NCBI GenBank assembly: GCA_951406725.2
Contig: OX597816.1
Span: 129,704,001-129,768,000, forward strand
Reading direction: 5' to 3'
From: Octopus vulgaris
Lineage: Eukaryota
Length of the DNA stretch: 64,000 bases
Position numbers and translations under genes: made by a program. Shown here piece after piece: positions 11,251-24,338 of this stretch. The notes beneath the pieces were generated by a model. The model saw only the letters and a list, made by a program, of their open reading frames with translations. It was not told where the DNA came from and searched no databases. Numbering within the stretch: the first letter of the stretch is position 1; each line of letters starts with the position of its first letter.

Positions 11251-12818
11251 TTCTTGGTTCTCTCTACGTGAAAGCTCTTGGGCTGGTGGGTGTTCTACTC
11301 ATGATCAGGAAGTTGTGGTTTTAATTCCTGGACCGGGCGATGTGTTGTGTCCTTGAGCAAGACACTCCATTTTATGTTGCTCCAGTCTACTCAGCTGTAA
11401 TGAATATCTGTCAAAGTGCTAGTACATTTTCTTCCACCAGCTGTCACATTTAATCCGCCAGATTAAAGGTGAGGGGCCGAATGGGCGTCTTTGCTCGTGG
11501 TTACATAGGCACCTAAAACAAATGATGAAAGCGTAGGACATGTAATCGATTCATACTCACGAGTAGTGATTGACTGTACTTTTTCTGTTCTCTCTATACA
11601 AATATTGATCTCTGATATAGATATGATCTCAAATCCAGAGGGTACTACATTCGATAAAAATCAGTTCCAGTTCCTGACCGGTATCTATTTTATCGACTCC
11701 AGTAAGTTAACGAGCAAACTCGTTCGTTGTAGGATTTGAACTTAGAACGACTTAAGTAAAATGGCAAAGCATTTTGCCCATCATTCTAACTATCTCGCCA
11801 ATCCATCATATCCTATTTTATACAAATATTATATTAGACCTGTCCTTGAAATACTAAGTACAACATTTGACGCCTGAACTTCTATATTGTAATATGGGCG
11901 GTGTCGTTGATAAATACTAATTAATATACTTGGTGGCATTTTATTTTGTTCTCACAGCAGTTGGTTTGATCAGTCATTTATATGGGCTCCATAACATATA
12001 TTTAGTATTATTTTACTCTTGGTTACAGACAATTGTATTATTTATATTTAGAAAATGTAAATATATCAAAATTGCGCGCGAAAGATTGTGTGTGAGAGAG
12101 AGAGAGAGAGGGAGGGAGGGAGAGAGAGAATTCGAGCGGTGTTGTAATTCACCATTTCATATTTAGCAGACGGTAGAAGTTGAGGCAATGCTAACTTAGT
12201 AGTTTCTCATGCATGAATGTATCTATATAGACGAATCGAGTCGAGTAACTGTAAATACACCGAATTTAATACTTATTTATCAATTTATTTATAACTATTG
12301 CTTAATCGCATGATCAGTAACCAAAATATATTATGCCGGCTAGTAGAAACAACTAATAAAAAGTTGGATATGTAATTATTATTATTCTGTCGGAGAAAGT
12401 CACTCTGTGGCTATTAATTGACTCGGTGATGTATGAGCCATTAAAATATACTTTGAAAAGTTATATAATTTAAACGGTGTAATCGAAAGATTGCTGATGA
12501 ATCTAAAAGATAATTGGGAGACAGTAAGATAAATCTTATATAGTTTTTCAAGCTCGTCAGAAATTACTAAAAATAAAAATACGAAAAACGAAAGATATAA
12601 TCTAATAGTAAACCATATTGCTCAAAAGCTGTAGATACGAATGTTGATAATATGATAACTGATAAATATATTGATTTTAAAGAAAAGACTGCTTTAAATT
12701 TCTAACGATGTAAATATAGACAATATAGTTCATTTTAGAATTATTTGATAAAACTTTTGCCGATCCAGTTCCTATTTTTGTAAGCTGATACTAAAACCTC
12801 GTTGTGAAGGGCTTGTTG

Positions 12819-12860
12819 TGACGTCATAAATGTATGAGATCGTAGATGGCGGGAAGTTGG
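12819..12860 (+). promoter_or_regulatory. Proximal promoter motifs of the G2E3-like gene (CRE, YY1/E2F-like)
   Basis: Palindromic TGACGTCA at 12819-12826. agatggcgggaagt at 12844-12857 (overlapping YY1-, E2F- and ETS-like). All lie 30-70 bp upstream of the ATG. Confidence 0.45.
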
Positions 12861-12887
12861 ACAGAAGTATAACCATTATCGTTCAAC

Positions 12888-13219
12888 ATGACATCACCTG
12901 GACGTCCAAATCGAAAGGGGAAAAAGAAAAAGAGTCAAGATGATACATTTCAATATTCTGATATGTGTTTATTTTGTGAAACAACAGATGACAACGAAGA
13001 AATTTTCGGGCGTAAAGTACAAAAATGTAGAATGACAGTCCATTATTTCTGTATGCTTTTTTCAAGTGGGCTTTCACAGAAAGGTAAAACAGAAGAAGAC
13101 GGGATCTTCGGGTTTCTACCGGGAGATATCTGGAAAGAAAAATCCAGAGGTTCACGTCTTAAATGTACGTTCTGCCGCCGAAATGGAGCTACGATAGGTT
13201 GTGTTGTGAAAAACTGTCG
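12888..13219 (+). CDS. G2E3: G2E3/PHF7-like PHD/RING protein, coding exon 1
   Basis: CLFC...FGRK...VHYFCMLFSSGL...GIFGFLPGDIWKE..RGSRLKCTFC..NGATIGC is the extended PHD of the G2E3/PHF7 family. Donor CG|gtaagt, phase 2. Confidence 0.85.
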
Positions 13220-14049
13220 GTAAGTCTTTCCATATATTTTAATAATATTTGACAACTATTTATTTTGGATCCTCCCCTTGTTGATTCTGAATTTTAGTTT
13301 TCTTTGAGAAGTTCCTTGCTTTGTAACTAGAATATCCTTGAACTTCATCCGTGTGGAGCGAGTGAAGGAATCTGCTTACGCAGGTGTTCGCATCATCTGT
13401 GTTATGCAGGTCATTTTAGGTCAAATTATTTCTCCCCAACTTTTAATTTACCCTAGCCTACACTTAATCCTTTAACTGCTAAACTATTAGGCTTAGACAA
13501 TTTTATAGTTGTATTTTTATACAGCTCTATGAATATTTATAAAATAGTTATGATTTATTTGTTCTTGTTGGTTTTGTTTTAAAGAGATTCAACTTCATGT
13601 TGAACGTTCTTTTGTATATAAAACTTAATATTTTAATAGCAGAAGAAATTAAACTTTGCTGTACTCATAATGCCTAGAACTCCATCTCATTTCACGATAG
13701 ATCGTCTGCGATATCTGCAGGATTGTCCTGTTTAACTACATATTGGAACACAGCTAGACTACACGAATTCCATATTTCTAAGCTGTCCCACCAATACTTT
13801 AATATTTCAACCTTGTTTTTTTTTTTTTAGTAGTTGATTGATTCCATAATAGTATATTACTGGTACTAAGTCTCGATTATTAAGGATTAAAATACAAGGT
13901 CAAACAAACCGGCATGAACTTAGAAATAAAAAAAAAAAATAAATCATGTCGGTGTTGACTTCATCTTTCGTTAGTCCATGGTCTATATAAATAATACCTG
14001 TAATACATGGATTTCTACCGTGTCTTGCTAATTGTCAAATCGGGCCTCA

Positions 14050-14285
14050 ACACAAGATCTCTCCATAATCGCTCGATCTGCTAAAAATAACAACCAAATT
14101 TCCCTTCAAACCACACCCTTCTGTTTCAAAAAAAAAAAAAAGAAAAAGAAAGAAAGAAATGCAGGATGCATAGAAGAGTTATAGTCCTCGATCCATTGTT
14201 TTAAATTAAGATGGGATAGTCATGTCTGGGACACTTCAAAAATAGGTTTGCTTAAGTTGGAGTATACGTGAGTCTTAACAACAAG
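14050..14285 (+). repeat. Dispersed repeat family (also ~15330-15550 -, 16190-16395, 20790-20965, 32880-33130, 56170-56290, 58560-58660)
   Basis: Shared motifs resembling ctgctagaaatagcagccaaatctccctcaaatcacacc and a tail resembling gctgacctggggctaaacaac. Confidence 0.6.
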
Positions 14286-14969
14286 AAGCCTTTGGTATAC
14301 GTTGCATTCACTACGAGCACTCCACTTGTTCATCGCAGTTTAAAATATAATTAATTTTAATTAAAGAATGGTTCTTACTTGTTGCATTATTGCATTAATA
14401 TAACAGAAAATTGATCTCTGTAATTGCTCGATTTTTAATTTCAAAATGAAATGCATTATTTAAAAAAAATTACTTTGTTTCTTTATCTGTCCGCTTTAAA
14501 AGATACATAAATATCCATATTCAAACAAGTTCATGGGAGACAGCTTTTTATTTTTAATTTGTTTTATTTGTTTATTTTTGAATAATTATGTTGTTCCAGT
14601 TCCGCAAATCTCTTGCTGCAGTTTATATACACACACTACACCAAACCGTCACACTCCATGTGGTCCTTAATTTAGATATATATAAAACAATTGGGAATAA
14701 CGGATTTTCATGTACCGTATTAGTGCGTGCGCGCGTGTAATTTCAGATATTATTTAAAAATATATATTGCCACTTTTTATTTACTCCTATTGAGCATTAA
14801 AGATTATAAAATATTATTAGAAGCGTGCAAAATAACCAAATACATTTATTTAGATTGTGCATTAGAAAACCGATTTAAAATTATCCTCCGTGAATGAGAT
14901 TGGATTATCATTGCTCCTTCTCTCTCTCTCTTTCTCTGTGTGTGTATGTATGTATGTATGTGTGTATGC

Positions 14970-15021
<52 letters not shown>

Positions 15022-16904
15022 CAGTGCTATACAGCTATATGTTACAGGCATTTTAAATATACCGCGTGAAGCTAAGACGAAGAGCGTTCAATTACCTTTT
15101 GGTTTACCCCGAAGATTTAAATTTCCTTCAAAATCTTTCGGAAAGTGTCACTAGAAAACGTTGTCCATCTCAATCTCATGACACTGCTCTTCGTTTTTCT
15201 GACCTAACGTCCCTAAATTTTTTTTCTGGCGAATAAATATTTCATTGTCTTACTCAGTTTAAAAACAAATGGTTGTTTTGTTATGCCAGTGAATTGAATA
15301 TTGATTGTTGGTCGTCAAAATAATGCTTGTAGTCGTTGGACCCCAGGTCAACACTGATGGAGCAGATTTATGATCAAAAGCATTCCAGGCATGACTTCCC
15401 TGGGTTTTTTTTCTCTCGTATTGTTCATGGAACTTGGGACCGCATTATCCAGCGTGTCCTTTTTTAAGATGGCCGGGTGTAATTTGAGGGAGATTTAGCT
15501 GCTACTTCTAACGGCTCAAGCGATCACTTAGTTGCTCTCCTTTTGGTTCGTCAGAATAATGGATATTGACCGTTGTTGATGTTATTTACCGTTATGACCA
15601 CAGTAGCGCTTAATGGTACAGGATTCCTTATCAAATGAATGAATCCCCGTATGTTTTGCCCACAGGAATATTTTTTAGTGTAGATGGAAATGAGAAAAAA
15701 TTCTCATATTTGAAAAAACTGATTAATATCGGTTTTACTCTTATAATAGTAAATTTAGCCCTATAATTATTGTCTAAATTAAGCCTTAAGTTGTCAAACA
15801 AATGTGAAAAAGACAAACCGAGAACCCTGCTCCAAAAGTTTCCAGTTGTAAAACTCTAATTTAGAGATTCTTCTTTTGTAATATTTATTCGTTGTTGTAA
15901 AGGTTAAAAAATTGAATGCTTTATTCATAATTTTATATGAATTGGTTGAAATCTGAAACCAAAGAACAGTGATTCACTTGTCATGTTTTTCAAGATTAGG
16001 AAAGTGTTATGTACATGTTTATCGATGTTCAGAAAACTTTTTTCTTATTTGATAATTTTAGAATTACATTCTTGTCTGGAACCCTATGTTATTTAAGCCT
16101 AATTGTATGTTCATTGACGAAATTTTTTAAAACTAATTTTTAGCAACTTACTCTCACTTTTGTACTCTTTTATTATTACGGCTACGAGACTGATGGAATC
16201 TACGCGGTCGATCAACCTGCTGGAAATATCGACCAAATCTCCTTGAAGTTACACCCTGTCTTATAAAAAAAAAAGACATTATAAAAGATAAAGCAGTCTG
16301 GGATACACTCTCCCAGCAAGAAGGCGAGATGGTCTTCATTGGAACGTTTATAATTATGGATCTGCTCAGTCAAGGCCGACCCGGGACAAAATGTGTTGTA
16401 GACAGTTTTCACTGGATCGTATACTACCAGCTTGTAGTCATATATTACTTGTTAATCTATTTCCGACCGTCTCGTATTTCCTTCCCATGTTACAATCTGT
16501 TTACATCACAGCACACGTTACTTTATAATATATATTCTTTACTTTGTGAAATCAATAGTTCGGCTTTTCGGTTTTTTTTTTTTTCGTGTATCATTTGACT
16601 AATTTGATATTTTTTTCTCCCACTCATTCTCTCTTCCTTAACGATAACTGAAATTTCATTAATTTTATTTTAAGACTGCAGTTTTATAGTTGCAGACAAA
16701 TGTTGTGTATTGTAAAAATGCTTTAGATATTTGGCTTTAATATAATATCAGACAAAGCATATGTATTTAGGATGCTTTGACATAAGTATAATACGAATGT
16801 ATATAAAAAGAAATATTCTTTTTGAATATGTTACTTCATAATAAGTATGAGAGTCACTGTGTAAGGATGTAGTTTGTTTTTTATCATGATATATTACTGG
16901 TACA

Positions 16905-17100
16905 ATGAAGGCGAGTGACCTAGTAGTTAAGGTGGTACACTCACAATCGCAAGATCGAGCTTTGGATTCCCGGACCGGCCGGTGTGTTATGTTTTTCACG
17001 TTTCTCCTGTCCACTCAGTTGTACATGAGTAACCCTGCAACCGACCAGTATCTCGTTCAGTGGAAATGTTGTAACCTCGATCACATACGCTATGGAAGCC
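16905..17100 (+). mobile_element. Second tRNA-derived SINE family (also ~11270-11400, 20350-20460, 21150-21290 -, 26820-26930, 55737-56020)
   Basis: A/B-box-like head. Other copies carry a core like gtgtccttgagcaagacact...gttgctccagtccactc. Confidence 0.6.
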
Positions 17101-17145
17101 TGTCTTGTCCTAGAACTCGAGACAGTGCTTGCTTCATATATATAT

Positions 17146-17298
17146 ATTAAGGCTACCATTGGTTTCATGTTGAGAAAGCCCTTAACAGTTATCAAGCCTG
17201 TCACATGGAACATCGGTGTTCATATTCGGAAATATACACTGATGTCCCTGTGACAGGTTTGATAACTGTTAAGGGCTTCCTTTACATGAAGCCTTAAT
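17146..17298. repeat. Long inverted repeat (hairpin) in G2E3 intron 1
   Basis: Arms 17176-17219 and 17236-17278 are nearly complementary. Outer pair attaaggct / agccttaat. Confidence 0.85.
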
Positions 17299-17375
17299 CT
17301 ACAAATAAATCTGTACCCACCAATGCGGTGTTGAGTACTCATTCTCATTGTTTGATATCTACACACACACACATA

Positions 17376-17407
<32 letters not shown>

Positions 17408-18929
17408 ATAGAAATATTAAAATTACTAAGTCTCTCTAAAAGAGAACAACGGCAGCGTTCCCGGAAAATAATAGTTATCGCCATATTAATATGGCATTCT
17501 TATAAAAATAAGAATAAAGCTGTCCGCTTATTAGCTCCATGAGGCCATCGCCTTAAGTTAGCTATTTGATACACAAACTGTATCCATATAACCTTCGAAC
17601 AAGGGAGGTCAGTCGCTCCACACTACTTGACCGGCAGCTACTTTTTATTTGTTTCAGTCATTTGACTGCTGCCATGCTGGAGCACTGCCTTTAGTTGAAC
17701 AAATCGACCCTAGGACTTATTCTATGCTCACTCTTTTGCTGAACCGCTAAGGGGACGTAAACACCCTGGCATCGGTTGTCAAGCGATGGTGGATGGACAA
17801 ACACAGACACAAAAACATACACACACACATATATATAAATATATATACACGACGGGCTTCTTTCAATTTCCATCTACATTTGGGTAAACAGCTATATAAG
17901 AATGAAGCTCACACCTAATAAGCTAATAATTAAATATCTATATGCTATAATAAAGAAAGCAATTATTAAAATCTACACTGTCTAGAAAATTCTTATAAAT
18001 TCCAATTTTAATAAATTTTTATCAAAATGTGGTTTTCAAGATTCTTTTGAAGATTTCAACAACGTGGTTCAATCACGGATCTACTTTTTATTCACTGTAA
18101 TATAGTTATCTTGCGTTGTAAGATAGCATTTTTAAATGCTTTTGTTTATACTTCTGGAAGTATATAGGTTGCCTAAATATTTGCAATGCTACTTTCTACA
18201 GGCATATCAGTAAAAACATTTCTCCAAATTATAAGTTTAATCTAACATATCTAAAATTATGTTGATTCGTGTATCATTTCATATTTGGTTTTGTTGAAGA
18301 AATAAGAAGCTGAATAAGAAAAGTGGGTTTAAATTACATCAGTTACACCAATATAAACTTGCATTGTTTTCTTTCCTAAAGTATTTCCCCCTGACTTTGT
18401 TTCCTCATAACTTTCTGAAAAGTGAACATATTTAATGACATTTTCTACAAGTATGTTTCAGATAGTGTAGATTACAATTATATTGGAATTTGTTGTGAAA
18501 AAATTTTGAATAATTTACACACTTTGATTTAGTTTCCTCATAATTTTCATGCTTTGGGAAAAAATATTACTTTTTTGGACTATTCCATCCTTTCCCTTCT
18601 GGAATTTGTTTAATGAATATTTTTAAATAAAATAAAAATTTCCAGAGATACAAGAATAATTTGAAATTAAAAAGAAAAGATTATCAGAGGTGAATTTGTT
18701 GGTACAGTATAGGCCTTAGAGTATACTCATGTGGCCTGTTAGTTTTTTAACATATTAAACAACCACATAGAAGGTGGGCTACCTTTGAGTTTGTTCAGAA
18801 GAGAGAGATTAACATGGCATATGTTCAGTCAACATAATTCTTTCATAAATTGTTGGCTTAGATTTTATTGAAATCTTCTATTTGTGAAAGTCTTACTAGT
18901 AAGTTGTTTCTCTCTTTTTATCTTTACAG

Positions 18930-19245
18930 TAAAGTCTTCCATTTTGGATGTGGCCAAAAAGCTGGTGCTTTGAACCAATATTTTGACTCTTATAGTTCAT
19001 TCTGCCCTAGCCACAGACCTCGACAAGCATGCCAAGTGAGTGACCGCCTATCCTTCTTTGGAACTGCCAACAGTATGTGTGTAATCTGCATGAATGCTGT
19101 AGAAGCTCGTGCCTCCAATGACACACTGCGAGCACCATGCTGTAAGAACACCTGGTTCCATCGTACATGTATCCAACGTCAAGCATTAGCTGCTGGATTA
19201 CACTTCTTCAAATGCCCTCTCTGTTGTAATAAAGAACTATTTCAG
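18930..19245 (+). CDS. G2E3: G2E3/PHF7-like, coding exon 2
   Basis: Acceptor tttacag|T. Encodes KVFHFGC...FCPSHRPRQ...CVIC...APCCKNTWFHRTCIQRQALAAGLHFFKCPLC (RING/PHD2). Donor CAG|gtatg; phases consistent. Confidence 0.88.
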
Positions 19246-21456
19246 GTATGCTACCATTTTATTATTTCTACCTTTCTTTTTCAGTTTTTAGATTTTCGTT
19301 ATTCCTACAAAGGATTCCATTATTGACTAGGTAGATTTGTAAGTATTTCCAATAAGTTATTTTTTCTTTACTTCTTTTTTTAGAATAATTATAAGTTATA
19401 TGTGCACACATGTAACAAAGAAAATACTTTCTAAACAAAACAAAAAAATTCTGCTGCTGTTAATTCTCTGAATAAGTCTATGCAAATACAAGCTTAAAAT
19501 TTCCTATAACCACATATGATAAAAAAATTTTGTTCATAAATTATTTCCTTTACCAAGCTTTTGCTTTATTTTTCTGAAGGAATTAAGCACTTAAATCTCA
19601 ATCTCTAACTACATAAAATATTCTGTACATAAAAATACTACACATACCAATTCCACAGATTTGACCATACTGTAAAAAAATGGTTTTAAGGAACATTAAA
19701 TTAAAATAAACTGTTAAGTGCAAGATAAATTTAAAGTTCTTGTGATGTGCAGTTTCCTCAATGACTGCATTTAGTTGAGGTCTTGAATATTATCAGTGGG
19801 ATTTGTAGATTTACTTGAAGAAACTGAATTTTCAGTTGCATGATGATAGCATTAGTTAGTCATCTATGATTATTCTGATGAGTAATTATGCTGATAATAT
19901 TCTCATATTTCCAAGACTTGCTCAAACCCTAAGTAGTCTTAAAATATTTTGGAATTATCAGAGACAGTTTATGGGGTTATGGTGACCATGGGATCAGGAA
20001 TTCAGACCTTGCTGCCATAGTCATTGTGTATGTGTGCCTTCAATCTAGGCAAACGAATGTGCTTGCTCTGACTGACAGAAATCAAGTTCTATTCATATTT
20101 CAGTTGAGTGTTTAGTAATAGGACATTATAAAAATAATTACTGTTAAACATACTACACATCCATGCTAAAATGGAAAAGGTGAATGTTGTCTCCACTACC
20201 ACATGGAATTTTAAGGAACATTATTTGATAAGTGTTGTGGGGGTTTATTTGCATTTAGACAAAATTTCCTGTACAAATAAATATACAAGTTGCTATAAAG
20301 CACAAAGATCTTGTACATGCCTACCACAGCTACAGCCAGAAAGGAATTTAGCTTAGTTGATAGTTAAGTTCACAATCATATGAGTTTGATTCTTGTAACA
20401 GCTAGTGAATCATGTCCTTGAGTAAGGCACTTCATTTCACATTGCTCCAGTCAACTCTACGAAAAATGAATACTAGCTACAGCTGGGGAGGGGAGTTGAC
20501 TCTGCAATGGAACTACGTGGAGTCTTGAACTCTGTTAACACCCCAGAAATCAGGTTTAAGCTCTGGACTTGTAGGTTTTGTTTTAATTTTTAGACCATCT
20601 AATCAATACACAATTTTTTTTTTTGATAAGAACTGCAATAAGTTAGTCAAGGTCAATTCCATTTGTTGTTTATCCTGTATGTCCATCCACTTACACTTTT
20701 CTTAATATTCTTTTACATTGAAGATGATCACAATTGTTGCCAAAAACTTGGCTAATTTTCTTACTTGGCAAAATTGATGTAATACTATAACCAATGAAGG
20801 AACCTTTATATTGTCTCTTGACTCACCAGAAATAGCAGCAAAATCTCTTGCAAATTGCATCTATCATTTTTCAAAAATAAATAAGAGGTTATCCTAAACA
20901 AACTGTGTGAATAGTTGGTGGGTTGGTCATATGTCTGCTCAGTCAGAGCTGACTTGAGGCTAAACAGTAAGTTCATTAAATTTATCAGTAATTTTTATAC
21001 TTGTTTATTTATTGTGTAAATATTGTCTTGTCATGTGACCACATGACTGACCAGGTTTTCAGATGTTATACTTTGGTGGTCACAATGCATTTTACATTGT
21101 TTTAGCCTTCAAATGACACCATCTTGCTGGCTAGGCAAGCAGGCCAACATTCCCCCCACCTAATCAAGAGGGGGACAGAGCAATGTGAAATGAAGTGTTT
21201 TGCTCAAGAACACAACACACCACCCACTCAAGATATCAAAACCACAATCTAGCGATCGTGAGTGCAACAGCCTAATGACTAGGCCACATGGCTTTACATT
21301 GTGTGTTGTAGAGAATGGTAATGTTCTTTTACTTGTTTGTTCAAAATAAGATAAACTAAACATTTCATTTCATAGCTGAAATTATTTTGCCCTCAGATTT
21401 TTGATAAAATTATTCTAGATTTATTTTTTAGTGAACAAACAGCATCATTCATCACA

Positions 21457-22520
21457 AGTTTTACTTGAGAGAACAGCTCAAAATTTGATGGAGTTAATGT
21501 TTGATTTTCAATATATATTAAACCAAAGACAGCAAGTTGGCAGAATCATTACTGCACTGGGTAAATGCTTGGCAGCATTTCATCCGTCTTTACATTCTGA
21601 GTTCAAATTCTGCCATGGTCAACTTTGCCTTTCATCCTTTTGGGGTTCCCCAAATTGCTGGCCTTGTGCCAAAATTTGAAGCCAATATATATTATGCCTG
21701 CAGCTTTCAACATTTTCACCAGACTATCTTACGGTGACCTAAGAATAGTCTTGGAGATCTTGAGCTCTGTTATTTGTTTTCAGGATGTCTGAAGAGAATT
21801 ATTTTGTATTTTGCCCATGTGATAATTTGATAAACCAAGAAAACACTTAGGAATTAAACAGTCTTCCACTTATTTACCTCCAGGTATAATAAACAGACTA
21901 AAAAGAGTATTTTCACTAGCTTGTTTTGAATAATAGGATACAACCTGTTGAGTATTTTAACCAATAAGTTATTATTATTATTATTTTCTTTTTTTACATG
22001 TTCAGGATTACAAGTTTTTTTGGGGGTCAAGATTAGGGGATAGTCATTTAGATCAACCTTCAGTACTTGATTAGGATTTATTACTTATGCTATCAACCCC
22101 AGAGGAGGACAAGCAAAATAAACCACAAGTGGGATTTAAATTGAGAATGTGTAAGATGTAATTATATGATGGAAAGCGTTTCTTCTGACACTATCCTGTC
22201 TGCCAGCCGTATAATAATAATAATAATAATTAATTTCTAACTTTGACACAATCCCTAATGAAGAATAAAAAGCAAAATTTGACTCTGGAATTTGAACTAA
22301 ATACTTTGAATACTTTTGCAATATAGACATAGAAAGTTTACTTGAGAGAACAGCTCAAAATTTGATGGAGTTGTTTGATTTTCAATATATATTAAACCAA
22401 AGATGGCAAGTTGGCAGATTCATTACCACACCGGGCAAATTGCTTAGCAGCATTTTGTTTGTCTTTACGTTTTGAGCTCAAATTCTGCCAAGGTGGGTTT
22501 TGCCTTTCATCTCTTCAGGG
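21457..22520 (+). repeat. ~190-bp local duplication (about 21457-21640 and 22335-22520) including a SINE head
   Basis: tttacttgagagaacagctcaaaatttgatggagtt...caatatatattaaaccaaaga is repeated, each time followed by a diverged SINE head. Confidence 0.85.
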
Positions 22521-22616
22521 TCAAATTGTTTGTAATTGCTTTCTTTTTCTTCTCAAACTTCAGCTTTTTAAATTTGTTTCTGTTTTTTACCAAGCATTAT
22601 TTCTTTTTTATTGCAG

Positions 22617-24338
22617 GCAGAGATGTTACAAATTGGAATCTATATTCCTGAGCAAGATGCCGCTTGGGAAATGGAGCCCCATGCCTACCAAGAGCTGCTG
22701 GAGCCATACACTCATTGTGACCTTGATGTTTGTTTGTGTCCACGGGGTCGAAAGTACAACAAAGATGACAGCAAATGGGAAATTATCGTGTGCCATTGGT
22801 GTGGTTCTCAAGGATGCCATGTAGGCTGTATCTCAAACAAGTCCCTCTCTCGGCCCACCCGATGGTCATGTCCTCCTTGTGAGGCTATAGACTGTGAACT
22901 GCGGAAAGAACGTAAAAAAAAAAAATGTTCACCAAAACAAGCTGACTATTCTGTAGACATGCCAGGAAGCAAGTCAAACCAAAAACTATGTCCAAGTGAA
23001 TGTGTAAGCCGTAAGCTGCCTGTAAAACGTTCAACCACTCTAAATAGTAACACAGATGTCAGAGATGATAATAGTGACAGTCAGACTGCTAATAATAATA
23101 ATAACAACAATAACAATAATGCCATCTCTCCAGTAACTTATAGAAAACCTGGAGTAAGAATTAGTCGGCGAAATTTTTGGAAACGAGGTATGTTTAAACG
23201 GAACAAGAAGAAAAAGCCTGCTACTCTTACACTGGCTGAAGCATTACAATCTGGCACTGTGTCTAACTGCAATAATCCTCAAATTTCTACTCCAGGAAGC
23301 CCTGTAGCAACTTGTTCAGGTGTAATAAACAAAGAATGTGAAGGTGGATCTTCATTGCAACATTCAAACTCTTCATTAGACCTCACTCCAAAATTTAAAA
23401 AAGCATTCCAGAAACACAGAAAACAAAAAAATTCTGAAGCTGATGTGCTTGTTGACATCAAAAACCAGACAAAGCTCTGTGTTAATAATTCTAAATGTGC
23501 TAAAAGTGGTTTGGAAAAGAACTCCAAATCCCAAATAAATGTTCCCTATGTTCTGCGTAGGCGTGGTAAGGCTGTTGCATCTTCGGCTTCACCATCCAAA
23601 CACCAGAATCGCAGAAGACTGCGTTCTGACATGAAAAGTGACCTTGCTGGACCATGGACTGTGCCAAGGAAAACCTGTGAAAATGTTCCCCATAAGAGAA
23701 CTAAGCTTGTTGACTTAACTATGAATAGCGGCAATATGGTTGAAATTGATTTAACAACGAGCCCGTCCAGTAGCTATCTTGATATAAGTAGAGAAACTGG
23801 TCAAATATCTGACATCTCAGAGGAGATGGTTGGTAACTCTGCAATGTCACTGATTTCCAAAGCTAAACAAAGCCGTAATTATTTCAACAAAGAAAACTCT
23901 AATGTTGATCCTTTAGTTAGCTGCGACTGTAATGACTGTTCATGTTTTGTACTGATTTCTGATGATGATGATGATGATGATTTCATTCAGATACCAGCAG
24001 TCTTAAGTGATTCAGAAGAAGGAACTGTCTTTGACAATCTGCAAGATGAGAAGTGTGATGTTGCTTCATGTGACTGCAAGTCTGTTAATTGGGAGTATAA
24101 TAAACTCAAACTGTCCATCGAAAAAGAATCATTTTCAGGAAATTCTGATAGTCAAAATCTCATTTCCAGTTGTTACCAAAAGCAACTAGTACAAGAAGCT
24201 TCTTGCTCGTCATCATCATCTCTTTCCAGCAGTTTTTCATCCATCATCACCCTAAGCACTTCTGAGACTGAACTTGGCAAAGGTTGTGGAGAACTAGATA
24301 GTAACTCTTGTGCTTTCGAATCCAACACAGTTTTCTAA
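22617..24338 (+). CDS. G2E3: G2E3/PHF7-like, coding exon 3 (third PHD + long low-complexity tail, no HECT)
   Basis: Acceptor ttgcag|GCA. Encodes EMLQIGIYIPEQDAAWE, CLCPRGR, WEIIVCHWCGSQGCHVGC...WSCPPC. Stop TAA ends at 24338; spliced CDS is 2370 nt. Confidence 0.85.
   Translation, partial: AEMLQIGIYIPEQDAAWEMEPHAYQELLEPYTHCDLDVCLCPRGRKYNKDDSKWEIIVCHWCGSQGCHVGCISNKSLSRPTRWSCPPCEAIDCELRKERKKKKCSPKQADYSVDMPGSKSNQKLCPSECVSRKLPVKRSTTLNSNTDVRDDNSDSQTANNNNNNNNNNAISPVTYRKPGVRISRRNFWKRGMFKRNKKKKPATLTLAEALQSGTVSNCNNPQISTPGSPVATCSGVINKECEGGSSLQHSNSSLDLTPKFKKAFQKHRKQKNSEADVLVDIKNQTKLCVNNSKCAKSGLEKNSKSQINVPYVLRRRGKAVASSASPSKHQNRRRLRSDMKSDLAGPWTVPRKTCENVPHKRTKLVDLTMNSGNMVEIDLTTSPSSSYLDISRETGQISDISEEMVGNSAMSLISKAKQSRNYFNKENSNVDPLVSCDCNDCSCFVLISDDDDDDDFIQIPAVLSDSEEGTVFDNLQDEKCDVASCDCKSVNWEYNKLKLSIEKESFSGNSDSQNLISSCYQKQLVQEASCSSSSSLSSSFSSIITLSTSETELGKGCGELDSNSCAFESNTVF

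Noticed and set aside
18868-18929. ORF-track extensions of exons (18868, 22611, 22411-22824, 35410-35540)
   Set aside because: Intronic read-through or alternative frames. Splice sites and family similarity define the real exon limits.
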